DNA of 27,751 nucleotides from a virus (Duplodnaviria; Heunggongvirae; Uroviricota; Caudoviricetes): IMG/VR virus record IMGVR_UViG_2879742664_000010; one strand, 5' to 3'. Shown piece by piece: positions 9,780 to 20,233 of this stretch (position 1 is its first letter; each line of letters starts with the position of its first letter). The notes under the pieces were generated by a model. It saw only the letters and a program-made list of their open reading frames with translations, ran no database searches and was not told where the DNA came from. The position numbers and the translations under genes were made by a program.

Positions 9780-10598
9780 ATGTGTCAGGTATTTGGTGTA
9801 TCCAGGAGCGGTTATTACAACTGGGTACAGCATGAACCCTCAGACAGAAAACAAAGTGATGAGCGGCTAAAACTGGAGATTAAGGTGGCACATATCCGCA
9901 CTCGCGAAACATATGGAACCCGGCGGCTCCAGACGGAGCTGGCAGAGAATGGCATCATCGTTGGTCGTGACCGACTGGCACGTCTTCGTAAGGAGCTAAG
10001 GCTACGCTGTAAGCAGAAACGCAAGTTCAGAGCGACTACGAACCCGAACCACAATCTGCCAGTTGCGCCAAATCTGCTGAACCAGACGTTCGCTCCTACA
10101 GCACCAAATCAGGTCTGGGTGGCGGACCTGACGTATGTTGCCACACAGGAGGGATGGTTGTACCTCGCTGGCATCAAAGATGTTTATACGTGCGAAATTG
10201 TCGGCTACGCCATGGGAGAGCGCATGACAAAAGAGCTGACAGGTAAAGCCCTGTTTATGGCGCTCAGGAGCCAGCGCCCACCTGCCGGGCTAATCCACCA
10301 CTCTGATCGAGGTTCACAGTACTGCGCATACGATTACCGGGTCATACAGGAGCAGTCTGGTCTGAAAACATCAATGTCGCGTAAAGGTCACTGTTACGAC
10401 AACGCTCCGATGGAAAGCTTCTGGGGAACGCTGAAAAATGAGAGCCTGAGCCACTATCGTTTTAATAACCGGGATGAAGCCATCTCAGTAATACGGGAAT
10501 ACATTGAGATTTTCTACAATCGTCAGCGTCGTCACTCTCGTCTGGGGAATATCTCCCCGGCAGCCTTCAGGGAAAAATATCATCAGATGGCTGCTTAA
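9780..10598 (+). CDS. IS3-family transposase OrfB, IS600-like
   Basis: Identical 272-aa ORF. Confidence 0.9.
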   Translation: MCQVFGVSRSGYYNWVQHEPSDRKQSDERLKLEIKVAHIRTRETYGTRRLQTELAENGIIVGRDRLARLRKELRLRCKQKRKFRATTNPNHNLPVAPNLLNQTFAPTAPNQVWVADLTYVATQEGWLYLAGIKDVYTCEIVGYAMGERMTKELTGKALFMALRSQRPPAGLIHHSDRGSQYCAYDYRVIQEQSGLKTSMSRKGHCYDNAPMESFWGTLKNESLSHYRFNNRDEAISVIREYIEIFYNRQRRHSRLGNISPAAFREKYHQMAA

Positions 10599-10643
10599 AA
10601 AAAGAACAAATGGTAGTGTCCGCTATTGCCAGTACACCTCATG

Positions 10644-11020
10644 ATGGACTGTGTGCAGTTTGTTCCCGATCCGAAAAAACGCAGCATCCGGAGACCGCTT
10701 GTTGAAGAGGATATTGAAGAAATCATTACCCGTCTTAATCTGCGTGCGGAGGTCTTTAAGCTGCATGTGGATTTTTTCGCTACCGTCGTCAGCTAGATAT
10801 CCCCCCGCGTTATCTCGACCCCGACAGACCGTTCGGGGTGGTGGATTACGTTAATGTTCCCCGTACCATTGCGACCGTTATCTCCTCCGGTAAGGCTTCA
10901 AAAGCTGAACTGGATTCTGTCCTTGGTGTGCAGGACTTATGGGATCTGCTGGAAATAATTCATGTGGATGCCCATAACGAACAGGTGATACAGGAGAACA
11001 GAAATGGCGCAGGTACTTGA
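10644..11020 (+). pseudogene. Remnant of a tail assembly chaperone pair (lambda G/GT-like) with a conserved -1 slippery site; 5' end removed by IS600
   Basis: Zero frame MDCVQFVPDPKKRS...KLHVDFFATVVS* (10644..10796); the -1 frame continues from the heptamer T TTT TTC to 11020, overlapping the start of the tape-measure-like gene. Confidence 0.45.
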
Positions 11021-13024
11021 TGAGCTTGTTCTGTCCCTCGGGATTGATGACAGGGACTTTACTGCCGGGGAACAGGCAGTACATGCTGCCCTTAACCGGC
11101 TCACGACGGTGATGGAAGGTGTCGCTGACACATTCAGTCAGGGACAGAAGAAAACCAGTGAATCACTGGAAAAAACCGGAAAAGATGCTGATAAAACGGC
11201 CCGTCGAATGGAAGATGCCGGGAAACGGGCGTCCCGTTTTTTTTCAGGGATCCGTAGCGAGATTCTGGCTCTTGCGGGTGTCAGTCTGACGCTGGGGGGG
11301 CTGAAGAACCTGGTAACAGGTTTTGCCCGTGATCTGAACCGTCTGTCCGTGGAATCCGATGCTTTTGGCATGAAGGCCAGAAATCTGGACGGATGGTTAC
11401 GGGCTGCGCGGGCAAATAATGTTGATGAAGGGGAAATGTCTGGGGCATTTTCCCGGCTTGCAAATGCAAAAGCGGCCTTCAGAGCCGGAAGGTCCTTTGA
11501 TCCTGTGTTACAGGATTTGTTTCAGGTTGCAGCCAGGGCGGGCATTAGTGTTGATTTAAATACTGACAGCACTGAAGCCATCATGCGCAAGCTGGCGGTT
11601 ATTTTTCCGCGACTGACAAAGTCCGAACAAACTGCCTACGGCAACGCGCTGGGCTTCAGTTATGCCGGACAGCAGTTTCTTGGCTCCGGTCATGCGCTGA
11701 AAGATGTGGACGAATTTACTTCCCGTTCGCAGGTTACGCCGGGGCGTACAGCGCTGGCCCGTAAGCTACGAAAAGAGCTTGTTGAGCTCGATCAGACCTG
11801 GTCCGGCATCGGGATGACGATTAGCACCGCGTTGATGCCGTACGCGCTGAAGCTCAGCCACTGGCTGGAGACACTCGGTGACTGGATGCAGCAACATCCG
11901 GAGGAAGTGAACAGGTTTATCACCACATTTCTGAATGACGTTGAGTCAGTGGCCTCCCTGGCGAATAAGGCTGCCGGAGAACTGGGGGGCTGGCAGAATG
12001 TCATTATTACGCTGATCGGGCTGAAAGTGGCGTCATGGGTGCGGGGGCTGACAAAAGCCCTCAGTGGCCCCGGAGGCCTTCTTTTTGCGATAACGGCGCT
12101 TTACCCGGTTGTTGACGGATTACTGACATCCATTGTTGGCAGGGAAAATAAGGACTGGCTGGATTCACATGGTTTTTTCTGGGCTTCAGACGGGACTTTC
12201 TTTTTCAATAAGAAAGAGATGGAGACGTATCAGACAAAACTGGATGCCGGAGAAAAGCCTGGCAACATCACCCGGGCACAATCACCCACAGTATGGCAGC
12301 AGGGCATGCTGGATACTCAGGCTTCTCAGGCAACCGGGAGGGAAGCAGCCTTCGGTGAATCCTGGCTACAGGGTATGCGTGCGACGCAGGAAAAACTCGG
12401 TAATGCCATGCAAAACCGCCAGCGACCGACGAAGACCGGGGAAGCCCTGTTAGGCTGGCTGCAACCGAAACTGTCTCAACTGGAGGAAAAATATAACCTG
12501 CCGCCCGGACTGCTGCGCAGCGTTGCGATCACCGAATCCCGTGGTAATCAGTTTGCCGTCTCACCTGCTGGTGCGATGGGACTGTTTCAGTTCATGCCGA
12601 AGACGGCCAGTGAATTTGGTCTGAGGGGAACGATGCCTTTGATCCCGAAAAAGCCGCTGATGCCGCCGCGAGAAAACTTGGTGGCCTGATACGTTTTTTT
12701 CATGGCGATCTGGCTAAGGCTCTGGCGGCATATAACTGGGGAGAGGGAAATGTTCAGCGTAAGGGACTGGCTGCTGCTCCGGAGGAGACCCGCAACTATA
12801 TTCCGCGGGTGCTGGCGAACCTGCCTTATCCGGGTGCGGCAATGGCCATACGGTCGCTCCATCCTGCGCCTGTATCGCAGTCCACCGTAACGGAAACCAC
12901 GCATATCGGGACACTGAATGTCACCACAACGTCGGACAATGTGAAGGGTATTACCGATGACGCACGTCGGCGTATCACGAATTCGGCGCTTGTGTCGGTT
13001 TATTCCAGCGGGGTAACAGGATGA
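11004..13024 (+). pseudogene. Tape-measure-like tail protein with a C-terminal lytic transglycosylase (SLT) domain, frameshifted in a G-run near 12625
   Basis: SD AGGAGA before the ATG at 11004; SLT motif ITESRGNQFAVSPAGAMGLFQFMPKTASEFGL in frame 1, continuation DAFDPEKAADAAARKLGG...ALAAYNWGEGNV in another frame ending at 13024; restoring one G at 12625..12628 joins them into about 673 aa. Confidence 0.6.
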
Positions 13025-13731
13025 GTTTTTCTTTCGATAATATTTCCCTGAATAACTTTTCGCTCAGTGAAAGTAACGTACTGAGTGCAGTTCGTGGCGG
13101 CGGTGTCCTGGGACTCATTAATAGTGTACTGGCACCGTCATTCGGTATTTATTACGCACGGAATGATCCGGCAGGTGCCCATCAGAAGGGTGGCAAACCT
13201 TTCTCCCCGGATTCTTTTGTTGTCGTTGAGGTGGGCGCGGAGGCTTCTGTTTCCACCGTCCCCGTGGAGCAGGGGGCTTATACCACCTTTAATAAAATCC
13301 AGAGATCGCCGGAACTGCATGTGACTTTCATTGTAGAGGGGTGGACGGCCTTTTCCGGATCCGTCCCGAACCTGACAAATTTTTCCACCACCTCGCGGAC
13401 GAATGTGCTGGAAACGCTTGAACGGATGCGTACCACGGCAGGACTCTACGATATTGAGACGCCGGACAAGACATGGACATCCTGCGACCTTGTGAAATAT
13501 GACTACCGAATGCGAAGTAATAATGGTCCGACCTTACTGACGGTTACTGCGGTATTTCAGACCGTAATGAATACAGGAGAGGTGTCAGTGGGAAGTACGG
13601 ATAAGTCGTCTCCCACGGACAACGATAAAGCAAAAGGGGCCGCATCGGTTAAAACGCAGCCAGTTACGGCGTCGGTGACACAACCGTCAGACGCTGACAG
13701 ACGAAGTGCCACGAACAGGGGGATCACCTGA
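13021..13731 (+). CDS. Phage tail structural protein (236 aa; possibly distal tail or baseplate), hypothetical
   Basis: ATGA overlap with the upstream gene stop (translational coupling); Ser/Thr-rich C-terminus; no specific family recognised. Confidence 0.5.
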   Translation: MSFSFDNISLNNFSLSESNVLSAVRGGGVLGLINSVLAPSFGIYYARNDPAGAHQKGGKPFSPDSFVVVEVGAEASVSTVPVEQGAYTTFNKIQRSPELHVTFIVEGWTAFSGSVPNLTNFSTTSRTNVLETLERMRTTAGLYDIETPDKTWTSCDLVKYDYRMRSNNGPTLLTVTAVFQTVMNTGEVSVGSTDKSSPTDNDKAKGAASVKTQPVTASVTQPSDADRRSATNRGIT

Positions 13732-14033
13732 TGCTGGAAATTGTTTTATCTCCCGTTAAAGCCCAGCAGTTTACGGTGACACTGGACGCTCAGGTCTGCA
13801 CCATTCGCCTGAATCAGCGTACTACGGGGATGTATATCGATATCATTGTTAATGGTGAACCGTGCCTGTATGGCGTGCTGTGTCTGAATAATAACCGGAT
13901 TGTCCGGTACGGATACCTGCCGTTTCAGGGGGACCTGTTTTTTACCGACACGGAGGGGAATAGTGACCCTGACTGGCGGGGGCTCGGATCCCGGTACCGG
14001 CTCTACTGGCTGTTACCTGAGGAACTGATATGA
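13731..14033 (+). CDS. Phage tail-associated protein (100 aa), hypothetical
   Basis: TGATG start/stop overlap with the upstream gene; followed by another overlapping ATG at 14030 that is cut by the IS66-family element at 14055. Confidence 0.45.
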   Translation: MLEIVLSPVKAQQFTVTLDAQVCTIRLNQRTTGMYIDIIVNGEPCLYGVLCLNNNRIVRYGYLPFQGDLFFTDTEGNSDPDWRGLGSRYRLYWLLPEELI

Positions 14034-14140
14034 GCTACAGACAACGTAAAATAAGTAAGCGTAAACTGACCGCCGTATGTAGCCATTAAGCCTGTATTGG
14101 TAACGTAGGTGCCCACCTTTTCAACTAGTGGACACCTGTT

Positions 14141-14560
14141 ATGGAACAGAAAGCATTATCTGCAGAACCCCGCAGATCATTTTCAAATGAGTTTAAACTT
14201 CAAATGGTTAAACTGGCTTCACAACCAGGAGCCTCTGTTGCCCGTATTGCCCGGGAACACGATATCAATGATAACCTGCTGTTCAAATGGCTCAGGCTCT
14301 GGCAGAACGAAGGGCGCATATCGCGGCGTCTTCCGGTAACAACCTCTTCTGACACTGGCGTTGAATTATTACCTGTGGAGATAACGCCGGATGAGCCGAA
14401 AGAACCTGTGGCTGCTCTTACTCCGTCTTTATCTACTCAGACTACAGTTAGTGCCAGCTCCTGCAAGGTGGAGTTCCGTCACGGTAACATGACGCTGGAA
14501 AATCCTTCACCAGAGCTGCTCACAGTGTTGATCCGTGAACTGACCGGGAGGGGACGATGA
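14141..14560 (+). CDS. IS66-family OrfA (TnpA), outer copy
   Basis: 139-aa ORF; differs from the inner copy at one residue (ALTPSL vs ALTSSL). Confidence 0.85.
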   Translation: MEQKALSAEPRRSFSNEFKLQMVKLASQPGASVARIAREHDINDNLLFKWLRLWQNEGRISRRLPVTTSSDTGVELLPVEITPDEPKEPVAALTPSLSTQTTVSASSCKVEFRHGNMTLENPSPELLTVLIRELTGRGR

Positions 14561-14907
14561 TCTCACTCCCGTCAGGCACCCGCATCTGGCTCGTTGCTGG
14601 GATAACCGATATGCGTAAGTCTTTCAACGGGCTGGGTGAACAGGTACAGCATGTGCTGAATGATAATCCCTTCTCCGGTCACCTGTTCATCTTCCGTGGC
14701 CGACGGGGTGACATGATTAAAATCCTGTGGGCTGATGCTGATGGTCTGTGCCTGTTCACCAGACGCCTGGAGGAAGGCCAGTTTATCTGGCCTGCTGTGC
14801 GTGACGGCAAGGTATCCATTACCCGCTCGCAACTGGCAATGCTCCTCGATAAGCTGGACTGGCGTCAGCCAAAAACATCCCGCCTTAATGCACTGACAAT
14901 GTTGTAA
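14557..14907 (+). CDS. IS66-family OrfB (TnpB), outer copy
   Basis: 116-aa ORF MISLPSGTRIWLVAGITDMRKSFNGL...; 4-bp overlap with orfA. Confidence 0.85.
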   Translation: MISLPSGTRIWLVAGITDMRKSFNGLGEQVQHVLNDNPFSGHLFIFRGRRGDMIKILWADADGLCLFTRRLEEGQFIWPAVRDGKVSITRSQLAMLLDKLDWRQPKTSRLNALTML

Positions 14908-15022
14908 AAATGTCATGGCCGGATTATAAAAACGGCGTAAGCGTAAACTGACCGCCGTATGTAGCCATTAAGCCTGTATTGGTAACGTAGGTGCCCACCT
15001 TTTCAACTAGTGGACACCTGTT

Positions 15023-15442
15023 ATGGAACAGAAAGCATTATCTGCAGAACCCCGCAGATCATTTTCAAATGAGTTTAAACTTCAAATGGTTAAACTGGCT
15101 TCACAACCAGGAGCCTCTGTTGCCCGTATTGCCCGGGAACACGATATCAATGATAACCTGCTGTTCAAATGGCTCAGGCTCTGGCAGAACGAAGGGCGCA
15201 TATCGCGGCGTCTTCCGGTAACAACCTCTTCTGACACTGGCGTTGAATTATTACCTGTGGAGATAACGCCGGATGAGCCGAAAGAACCTGTGGCTGCTCT
15301 TACTTCGTCTTTATCTACTCAGACTACAGTTAGTGCCAGCTCCTGCAAGGTGGAGTTCCGTCACGGTAACATGACGCTGGAAAATCCTTCACCAGAGCTG
15401 CTCACAGTGTTGATCCGTGAACTGACCGGGAGGGGACGATGA
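15023..15442 (+). CDS. IS66-family OrfA (TnpA), inner copy
   Basis: 139-aa ORF. Confidence 0.85.
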   Translation: MEQKALSAEPRRSFSNEFKLQMVKLASQPGASVARIAREHDINDNLLFKWLRLWQNEGRISRRLPVTTSSDTGVELLPVEITPDEPKEPVAALTSSLSTQTTVSASSCKVEFRHGNMTLENPSPELLTVLIRELTGRGR

Positions 15443-15789
15443 TCTCACTCCCGTCAGGCACCCGCATCTGGCTCGTTGCTGGGATAACCGATATGCGTAA
15501 GTCTTTCAACGGGCTGGGTGAACAGGTACAGCATGTGCTGAATGATAATCCCTTCTCCGGTCACCTGTTCATCTTCCGTGGCCGACGGGGTGACATGATT
15601 AAAATCCTGTGGGCTGATGCTGATGGTCTGTGCCTGTTCACCAGACGCCTGGAGGAAGGCCAGTTTATCTGGCCTGCTGTGCGTGACGGCAAGGTATCCA
15701 TTACCCGCTCGCAACTGGCAATGCTCCTCGATAAGCTGGACTGGCGTCAGCCAAAAACATCCCGCCTTAATGCACTGACAATGTTGTAA
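15439..15789 (+). CDS. IS66-family OrfB (TnpB), inner copy
   Basis: 116-aa ORF. Confidence 0.85.
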   Translation: MISLPSGTRIWLVAGITDMRKSFNGLGEQVQHVLNDNPFSGHLFIFRGRRGDMIKILWADADGLCLFTRRLEEGQFIWPAVRDGKVSITRSQLAMLLDKLDWRQPKTSRLNALTML

Positions 15790-15819
15790 AAATGTCATGG
15801 CCGGATTATAAAAACGGCC

Positions 15820-17412
15820 ATGAATCAAAAATACCTCATTCGCATTGCAGAACTGGAATGCCAGCTCCGTCAGAAAGACCAGCAACTGAGTCTGGTTGAA
15901 GAGACGGAGGCCTTCCTGCGCTCTGCACTGGCCCGCGCCGAAGAAAAGATCGAAGAAGATGAACGGGAAATAGAACATCTGCGGGCTCAGATAGAAAAAC
16001 TGCGCCGGATGCTGTTCGGTACCCGTTCTGAAAAACTGCGTCGTGAAGTTGAACAGGCTGAGGCCCTGCTGAAACAACGCGAACAGGACAGTGATCGTTA
16101 CAGTGGGCGGGAAGACGATCCGCAGGTTCCCCGCCAGTTGCGACAGTCTCGTCATCGTCGCCCGTTACCGGAGCATCTGCCCCGCGAAATAAATCGCCTG
16201 GAGCCAGAAGAAAGCTGTTGCCCGGAGTGTGGCGGTGAGCTGGATTATCTGGGGGAAGTCAGCGCAGAACAACTGGAACTGGTGAGCAGCGCTCTGAAAG
16301 TGATCCGCACAGAACGGGTAAAAAAAGCCTGTACAAAATGTGACTGCATCGTTGAAGCACCGGCACCATCCCGTCCGATAGAGCGTGGTATCGCGGGCCC
16401 GGGGTTACTTGCCCGCGTGTTAACGGGAAAATACTGCGAACACCTGCCACTGTATCGTCAGAGTGAAATTTTTGCCCGTCAGGGTGTCGAACTGAGCCGT
16501 GCATTACTCTCCAACTGGGTTGACGCGTGCTGCCAGTTAATGACGCCGCTGAATGATGCTCTGTACCGTTATGTAATGAACAGCCGCAAAGTTCACACTG
16601 ATGACACACCAGTAAAAGTGCTGGCACCGGGCAGGAAGAAGGCGAAAACAGGATATATCTGGACGTATGTCCGGGATGACAGGAATGCCGGTTCGCCAGA
16701 GCCTCCGGCGGTCTGGTTCGCCTACTCACCGGACCATCAGGGTAAACATCCGGAGCAGCACCTTAGTCCCTTCCGGGGTATCCTGCAGGCAGATGCGTTT
16801 AATGGTTACGATCGGCTGTTCAGTGCCGAACGAGAAGGCGGCGCGTTGACGGAAGCAGGATGCTGGGCTCATGCGCGGCGCAAAGTCCACGATGTATATA
16901 TCAGTACCAAAAGCGCGACAGCGGAAGAAGCCCTGAAACTAATCGGTGAGCTGTACGCCATCGAGCACGAAATACGCGGGTTGCCGGTGTCTGAACGCCT
17001 GGCGGTCAGGCAAATGCAGAGTAAACCGCTACTGACTTCCCTGTATAAGCTGATGCAGGAGAAAGAACACACGTTATCGAAAAAATGCCGTCTGAGAGAT
17101 GCGTTCCGGTATATCAGGAAGCACTGGGTTGCGTTGTGCAACTTCAGTGATGATGGTCTGGCTGAGGCGGATAATAATGCCGCGGAAAGAGCGCTTCGTG
17201 CAGTCTGTCTCGGAAAGAAAAACTTTATGTTCTTCGGCAGCGATCACGGTGGAGAGCGTGGTGCGCTACTGTACGGGCTGATCGGCACCTGCCGACTGAA
17301 CGGTATCGATCCGGAAGCGTATCTGCGCTATATCCTGAGCGTACTGCCGGAATGGCCTTCCAACCGTGTTGACGAACTCCTGCCATGGAACGTAGCACTC
17401 ACCAATAAATAA
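15820..17412 (+). CDS. IS66-family transposase OrfC (TnpC), inner copy
   Basis: 530-aa ORF with an N-terminal coiled-coil/leucine zipper, a CxxC...CxxC zinc motif and a DDE-type core. Confidence 0.88.
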   Translation: MNQKYLIRIAELECQLRQKDQQLSLVEETEAFLRSALARAEEKIEEDEREIEHLRAQIEKLRRMLFGTRSEKLRREVEQAEALLKQREQDSDRYSGREDDPQVPRQLRQSRHRRPLPEHLPREINRLEPEESCCPECGGELDYLGEVSAEQLELVSSALKVIRTERVKKACTKCDCIVEAPAPSRPIERGIAGPGLLARVLTGKYCEHLPLYRQSEIFARQGVELSRALLSNWVDACCQLMTPLNDALYRYVMNSRKVHTDDTPVKVLAPGRKKAKTGYIWTYVRDDRNAGSPEPPAVWFAYSPDHQGKHPEQHLSPFRGILQADAFNGYDRLFSAEREGGALTEAGCWAHARRKVHDVYISTKSATAEEALKLIGELYAIEHEIRGLPVSERLAVRQMQSKPLLTSLYKLMQEKEHTLSKKCRLRDAFRYIRKHWVALCNFSDDGLAEADNNAAERALRAVCLGKKNFMFFGSDHGGERGALLYGLIGTCRLNGIDPEAYLRYILSVLPEWPSNRVDELLPWNVALTNK

Positions 17413-17451
17413 GCGTCAATACGGTGCTCCGTTGACGCTTACAAAACGGCC

Positions 17452-19044
17452 ATGAATCAAAAATACCTCATTCGCATTGCAGAACTGGAATGCCAGCTCC
17501 GTCAGAAAGACCAGCAACTGAGTCTGGTTGAAGAGACGGAGGCCTTCCTGCGCTCTGCACTGGCCCGCGCCGAAGAAAAGATCGAAGAAGATGAACGGGA
17601 AATAGAACATCTGCGGGCTCAGATAGAAAAACTGCGCCGGATGCTGTTCGGTACCCGTTCTGAAAAACTGCGTCGTGAAGTTGAACAGGCTGAGGCCCTG
17701 CTGAAACAACGCGAACAGGACAGTGATCGTTACAGTGGGCGGGAAGACGATCCGCAGGTTCCCCGCCAGTTGCGACAGTCTCGTCATCGTCGCCCGTTAC
17801 CGGAGCATCTGCCCCGCGAAATAAATCGCCTGGAGCCAGAAGAAAGCTGTTGCCCGGAGTGTGGCGGTGAGCTGGATTATCTGGGGGAAGTCAGCGCAGA
17901 ACAACTGGAACTGGTGAGCAGCGCTCTGAAAGTGATCCGCACAGAACGGGTAAAAAAAGCCTGTACAAAATGTGACTGCATCGTTGAAGCACCGGCACCA
18001 TCCCGTCCGATAGAGCGTGGTATCGCGGGCCCGGGGTTACTTGCCCGCGTGTTAACGGGAAAATACTGCGAACACCTGCCACTGTATCGTCAGAGTGAAA
18101 TTTTTGCCCGTCAGGGTGTCGAACTGAGCCGTGCATTACTCTCCAACTGGGTTGACGCGTGCTGCCAGTTAATGACGCCGCTGAATGATGCTCTGTACCG
18201 TTATGTAATGAACAGCCGCAAAGTTCACACTGATGACACACCAGTAAAAGTGCTGGCACCGGGCAGGAAGAAGGCGAAAACAGGATATATCTGGACGTAT
18301 GTCCGGGATGACAGGAATGCCGGTTCGCCAGAGCCTCCGGCGGTCTGGTTCGCCTACTCACCGGACCATCAGGGTAAACATCCGGAGCAGCACCTTAGTC
18401 CCTTCCGGGGTATCCTGCAGGCAGATGCGTTTAATGGTTACGATCGGCTGTTCAGTGCCGAACGAGAAGGCGGCGCGTTGACGGAAGCAGGATGCTGGGC
18501 TCATGCGCGGCGCAAAGTCCACGATGTATATATCAGTACCAAAAGCGCGACAGCGGAAGAAGCCCTGAAACTAATCGGTGAGCTGTACGCCATCGAGCAC
18601 GAAATACGCGGGTTGCCGGTGTCTGAACGCCTGGCGGTCAGGCAAATGCAGAGTAAACCGCTACTGACTTCCCTGTATAAGCTGATGCAGGAGAAAGAAC
18701 ACACGTTATCGAAAAAATGCCGTCTGAGAGATGCGTTCCGGTATATCAGGAAGCACTGGGTTGCGTTGTGCAACTTCAGTGATGATGGTCTGGCTGAGGC
18801 GGATAATAATGCCGCGGAAAGAGCGCTTCGTGCAGTCTGTCTCGGAAAGAAAAACTTTATGTTCTTCGGCAGCGATCACGGTGGAGAGCGTGGTGCGCTA
18901 CTGTACGGGCTGATCGGCACCTGCCGACTGAACGGTATCGATCCGGAAGCGTATCTGCGCTATATCCTGAGCGTACTGCCGGAATGGCCTTCCAACCGTG
19001 TTGACGAACTCCTGCCATGGAACGTAGCACTCACCAATAAATAA
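17452..19044 (+). CDS. IS66-family transposase OrfC (TnpC), outer copy
   Basis: 530-aa ORF identical to the inner copy. Confidence 0.88.
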   Translation: MNQKYLIRIAELECQLRQKDQQLSLVEETEAFLRSALARAEEKIEEDEREIEHLRAQIEKLRRMLFGTRSEKLRREVEQAEALLKQREQDSDRYSGREDDPQVPRQLRQSRHRRPLPEHLPREINRLEPEESCCPECGGELDYLGEVSAEQLELVSSALKVIRTERVKKACTKCDCIVEAPAPSRPIERGIAGPGLLARVLTGKYCEHLPLYRQSEIFARQGVELSRALLSNWVDACCQLMTPLNDALYRYVMNSRKVHTDDTPVKVLAPGRKKAKTGYIWTYVRDDRNAGSPEPPAVWFAYSPDHQGKHPEQHLSPFRGILQADAFNGYDRLFSAEREGGALTEAGCWAHARRKVHDVYISTKSATAEEALKLIGELYAIEHEIRGLPVSERLAVRQMQSKPLLTSLYKLMQEKEHTLSKKCRLRDAFRYIRKHWVALCNFSDDGLAEADNNAAERALRAVCLGKKNFMFFGSDHGGERGALLYGLIGTCRLNGIDPEAYLRYILSVLPEWPSNRVDELLPWNVALTNK

Positions 19045-19074
19045 GCGTCAATACGGTGCTCCGTTGACGCTTAC

Positions 19075-19819
19075 CCATGATACTGATGTAGTCACGCTTT
19101 ATCGTTTTCACGAAGCTCTCTGCTATTCCGTTACTCTCCGGACTCCGCACCGCCGTGTTCTTCGGTTCAAGTCCCAACATCCGGGCGAACTGGCGTGCTT
19201 CATTAGCCCGGTAGCATGAACCATTATCCGTCAGCCACTCCACTGGAGACGACGGAAGATCGTTGCCGAAGCGGCGTTCCACCGCTCCCAGCATGACGTC
19301 CTGTACTGTTTCACTGTTGAAGCCGCCGGTAGTCACCGCCCAGTGCAGTGCCTCACGATCACAGCAGTCCAGCGCGAACGTGACACGCAGTCTCTCTCCG
19401 TTATCACAGCAGAACTCGAACCCGTCAGAGCACCATCGCTGATTGCTTTCTTTCACGGCCACTCTGCCTGTATGTGCCCGTTTCGATGGCGGTACAGCAG
19501 GTTTTCGCTCAAGCAACAGCGCATTCTGGCGCATGATCCGGTAAACACGTTTGGCATTGATCGCAGGCATACCATCAAGTTCTGCCTGTCTGCGAAGCAG
19601 CGCCCATACCCGACGATAACCATACGTGGGCAGCTCTCCGATAACATGGTGTATACGGAGAAGCACATCCGTATCATCAGTGTGACGACTGCGGCGGCCA
19701 TCCATCCAGTCATCGGTTCGTCTGAGAATGACGTGCAACTGCGCACGCGACACCCGGAGACAACGGCTGACTAAGCTTACTCCCCATCCCCGGGCAATAA
19801 GGGCGCGTGCGCTATCCAC
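19075..19819 (-). pseudogene. insD: IS2 transposase InsD, C-terminally truncated
   Basis: [30 protein letters not shown]... matches IS2 InsD through ...[13 protein letters not shown], then continues as non-IS2 sequence ([14 protein letters not shown]) read from the IS66 end. Confidence 0.88.
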
Positions 19820-20142
19820 TTTTTTGCCCGTCCATATTCAACGGCTTCTTTGAGGAGTTCATTTTCCATCGTTTTCTTGCCGAGCAGGCGCTGGAGTTCT
19901 TTAATCTGCTTCATGGCGGCAGCAAGTTCAGAGGCAGGAACAACCTGTTCTCCGGCGGCCACAGCAGTAAGACTTCCTTCCTGGTATTGCTTACGCCAGA
20001 GAAATAACTGGCTGGCTGCTACACCATGTTGCCGGGCAACGAGGGAGACCGTCATCCCCGGTTCAAAGCTCTGCTGAACAATTGCGATCTTTTCCTGTGT
20101 GGTACGCCGTCTGCGTTTCTCCGGCCCTAAGACATCAATCAT
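19777..20142 (-). CDS. insC: IS2 InsC (OrfA)
   Basis: [56 protein letters not shown]... Confidence 0.9.
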
Positions 20143-20233
20143 CTGTACTCCAATGACTAGTCTAAAAACTAGTATTAAGACTATCACTTATTTAAGTGAT
20201 ACTGGTTGTCTGGAGATTCAGGGGGCCAGTCTA

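Larger units (their letters stand above)
9378..10641 (+). mobile_element. IS600: IS600-like IS3-family element (copy 3); no matching 3-bp target duplication (left GAT, right TGA)
   Basis: Same 1264-bp sequence; flanks differ, and the element joins the holin 3' end to the tail-chaperone remnant. Confidence 0.85.
14937..17442 (+). mobile_element. Inner complete IS66-family copy (2506 bp), flanked by an 8-bp target duplication AAAACGGC
   Basis: AAAACGGC at 14929..14936 and 17443..17450; in the uninterrupted context this sequence lies between the orfB stop and the orfC start. Confidence 0.85.
14055..19074 (+). mobile_element. IS66-family element (2506 bp) carrying a second complete copy of itself inserted between orfB and orfC
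   Basis: Outer ends GTAAGCGTAAACTGACC...GTTGACGCTTAC; the outer copy is split into 14055..14936 and 17451..19074 and totals 2506 bp; specific IS name not certain (ISSfl3-like is a guess). Confidence 0.85.
19075..20233 (-). mobile_element. IS2: IS2, truncated (1159 of about 1331 bp; the insD 3' end and one terminal repeat are missing) where it abuts the IS66-family right end
   Basis: The IS2 terminal repeat TAGACTGGCCCCCTGAATCTCCAGACAACC is present in reverse complement ending at 20233; insC and insD recognised; the insD frame reads into the IS66 repeat after ...DYISIM. Confidence 0.9.

Noticed and set aside
12702-13324. Alternative-frame ORFs within and after the tape-measure-like gene (12702..12890, 13085..13324, 12133..12453)
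   Set aside because: Overlapping frames of better-supported genes; the real continuation of the SLT domain is the frame ending at 13024.
14055-19074. Apparent tandem gene duplication (orfA-orfB twice, orfC twice)
   Set aside because: Resolved as a nested IS66-family insertion with an 8-bp target duplication, not a tandem duplication or repeat array.
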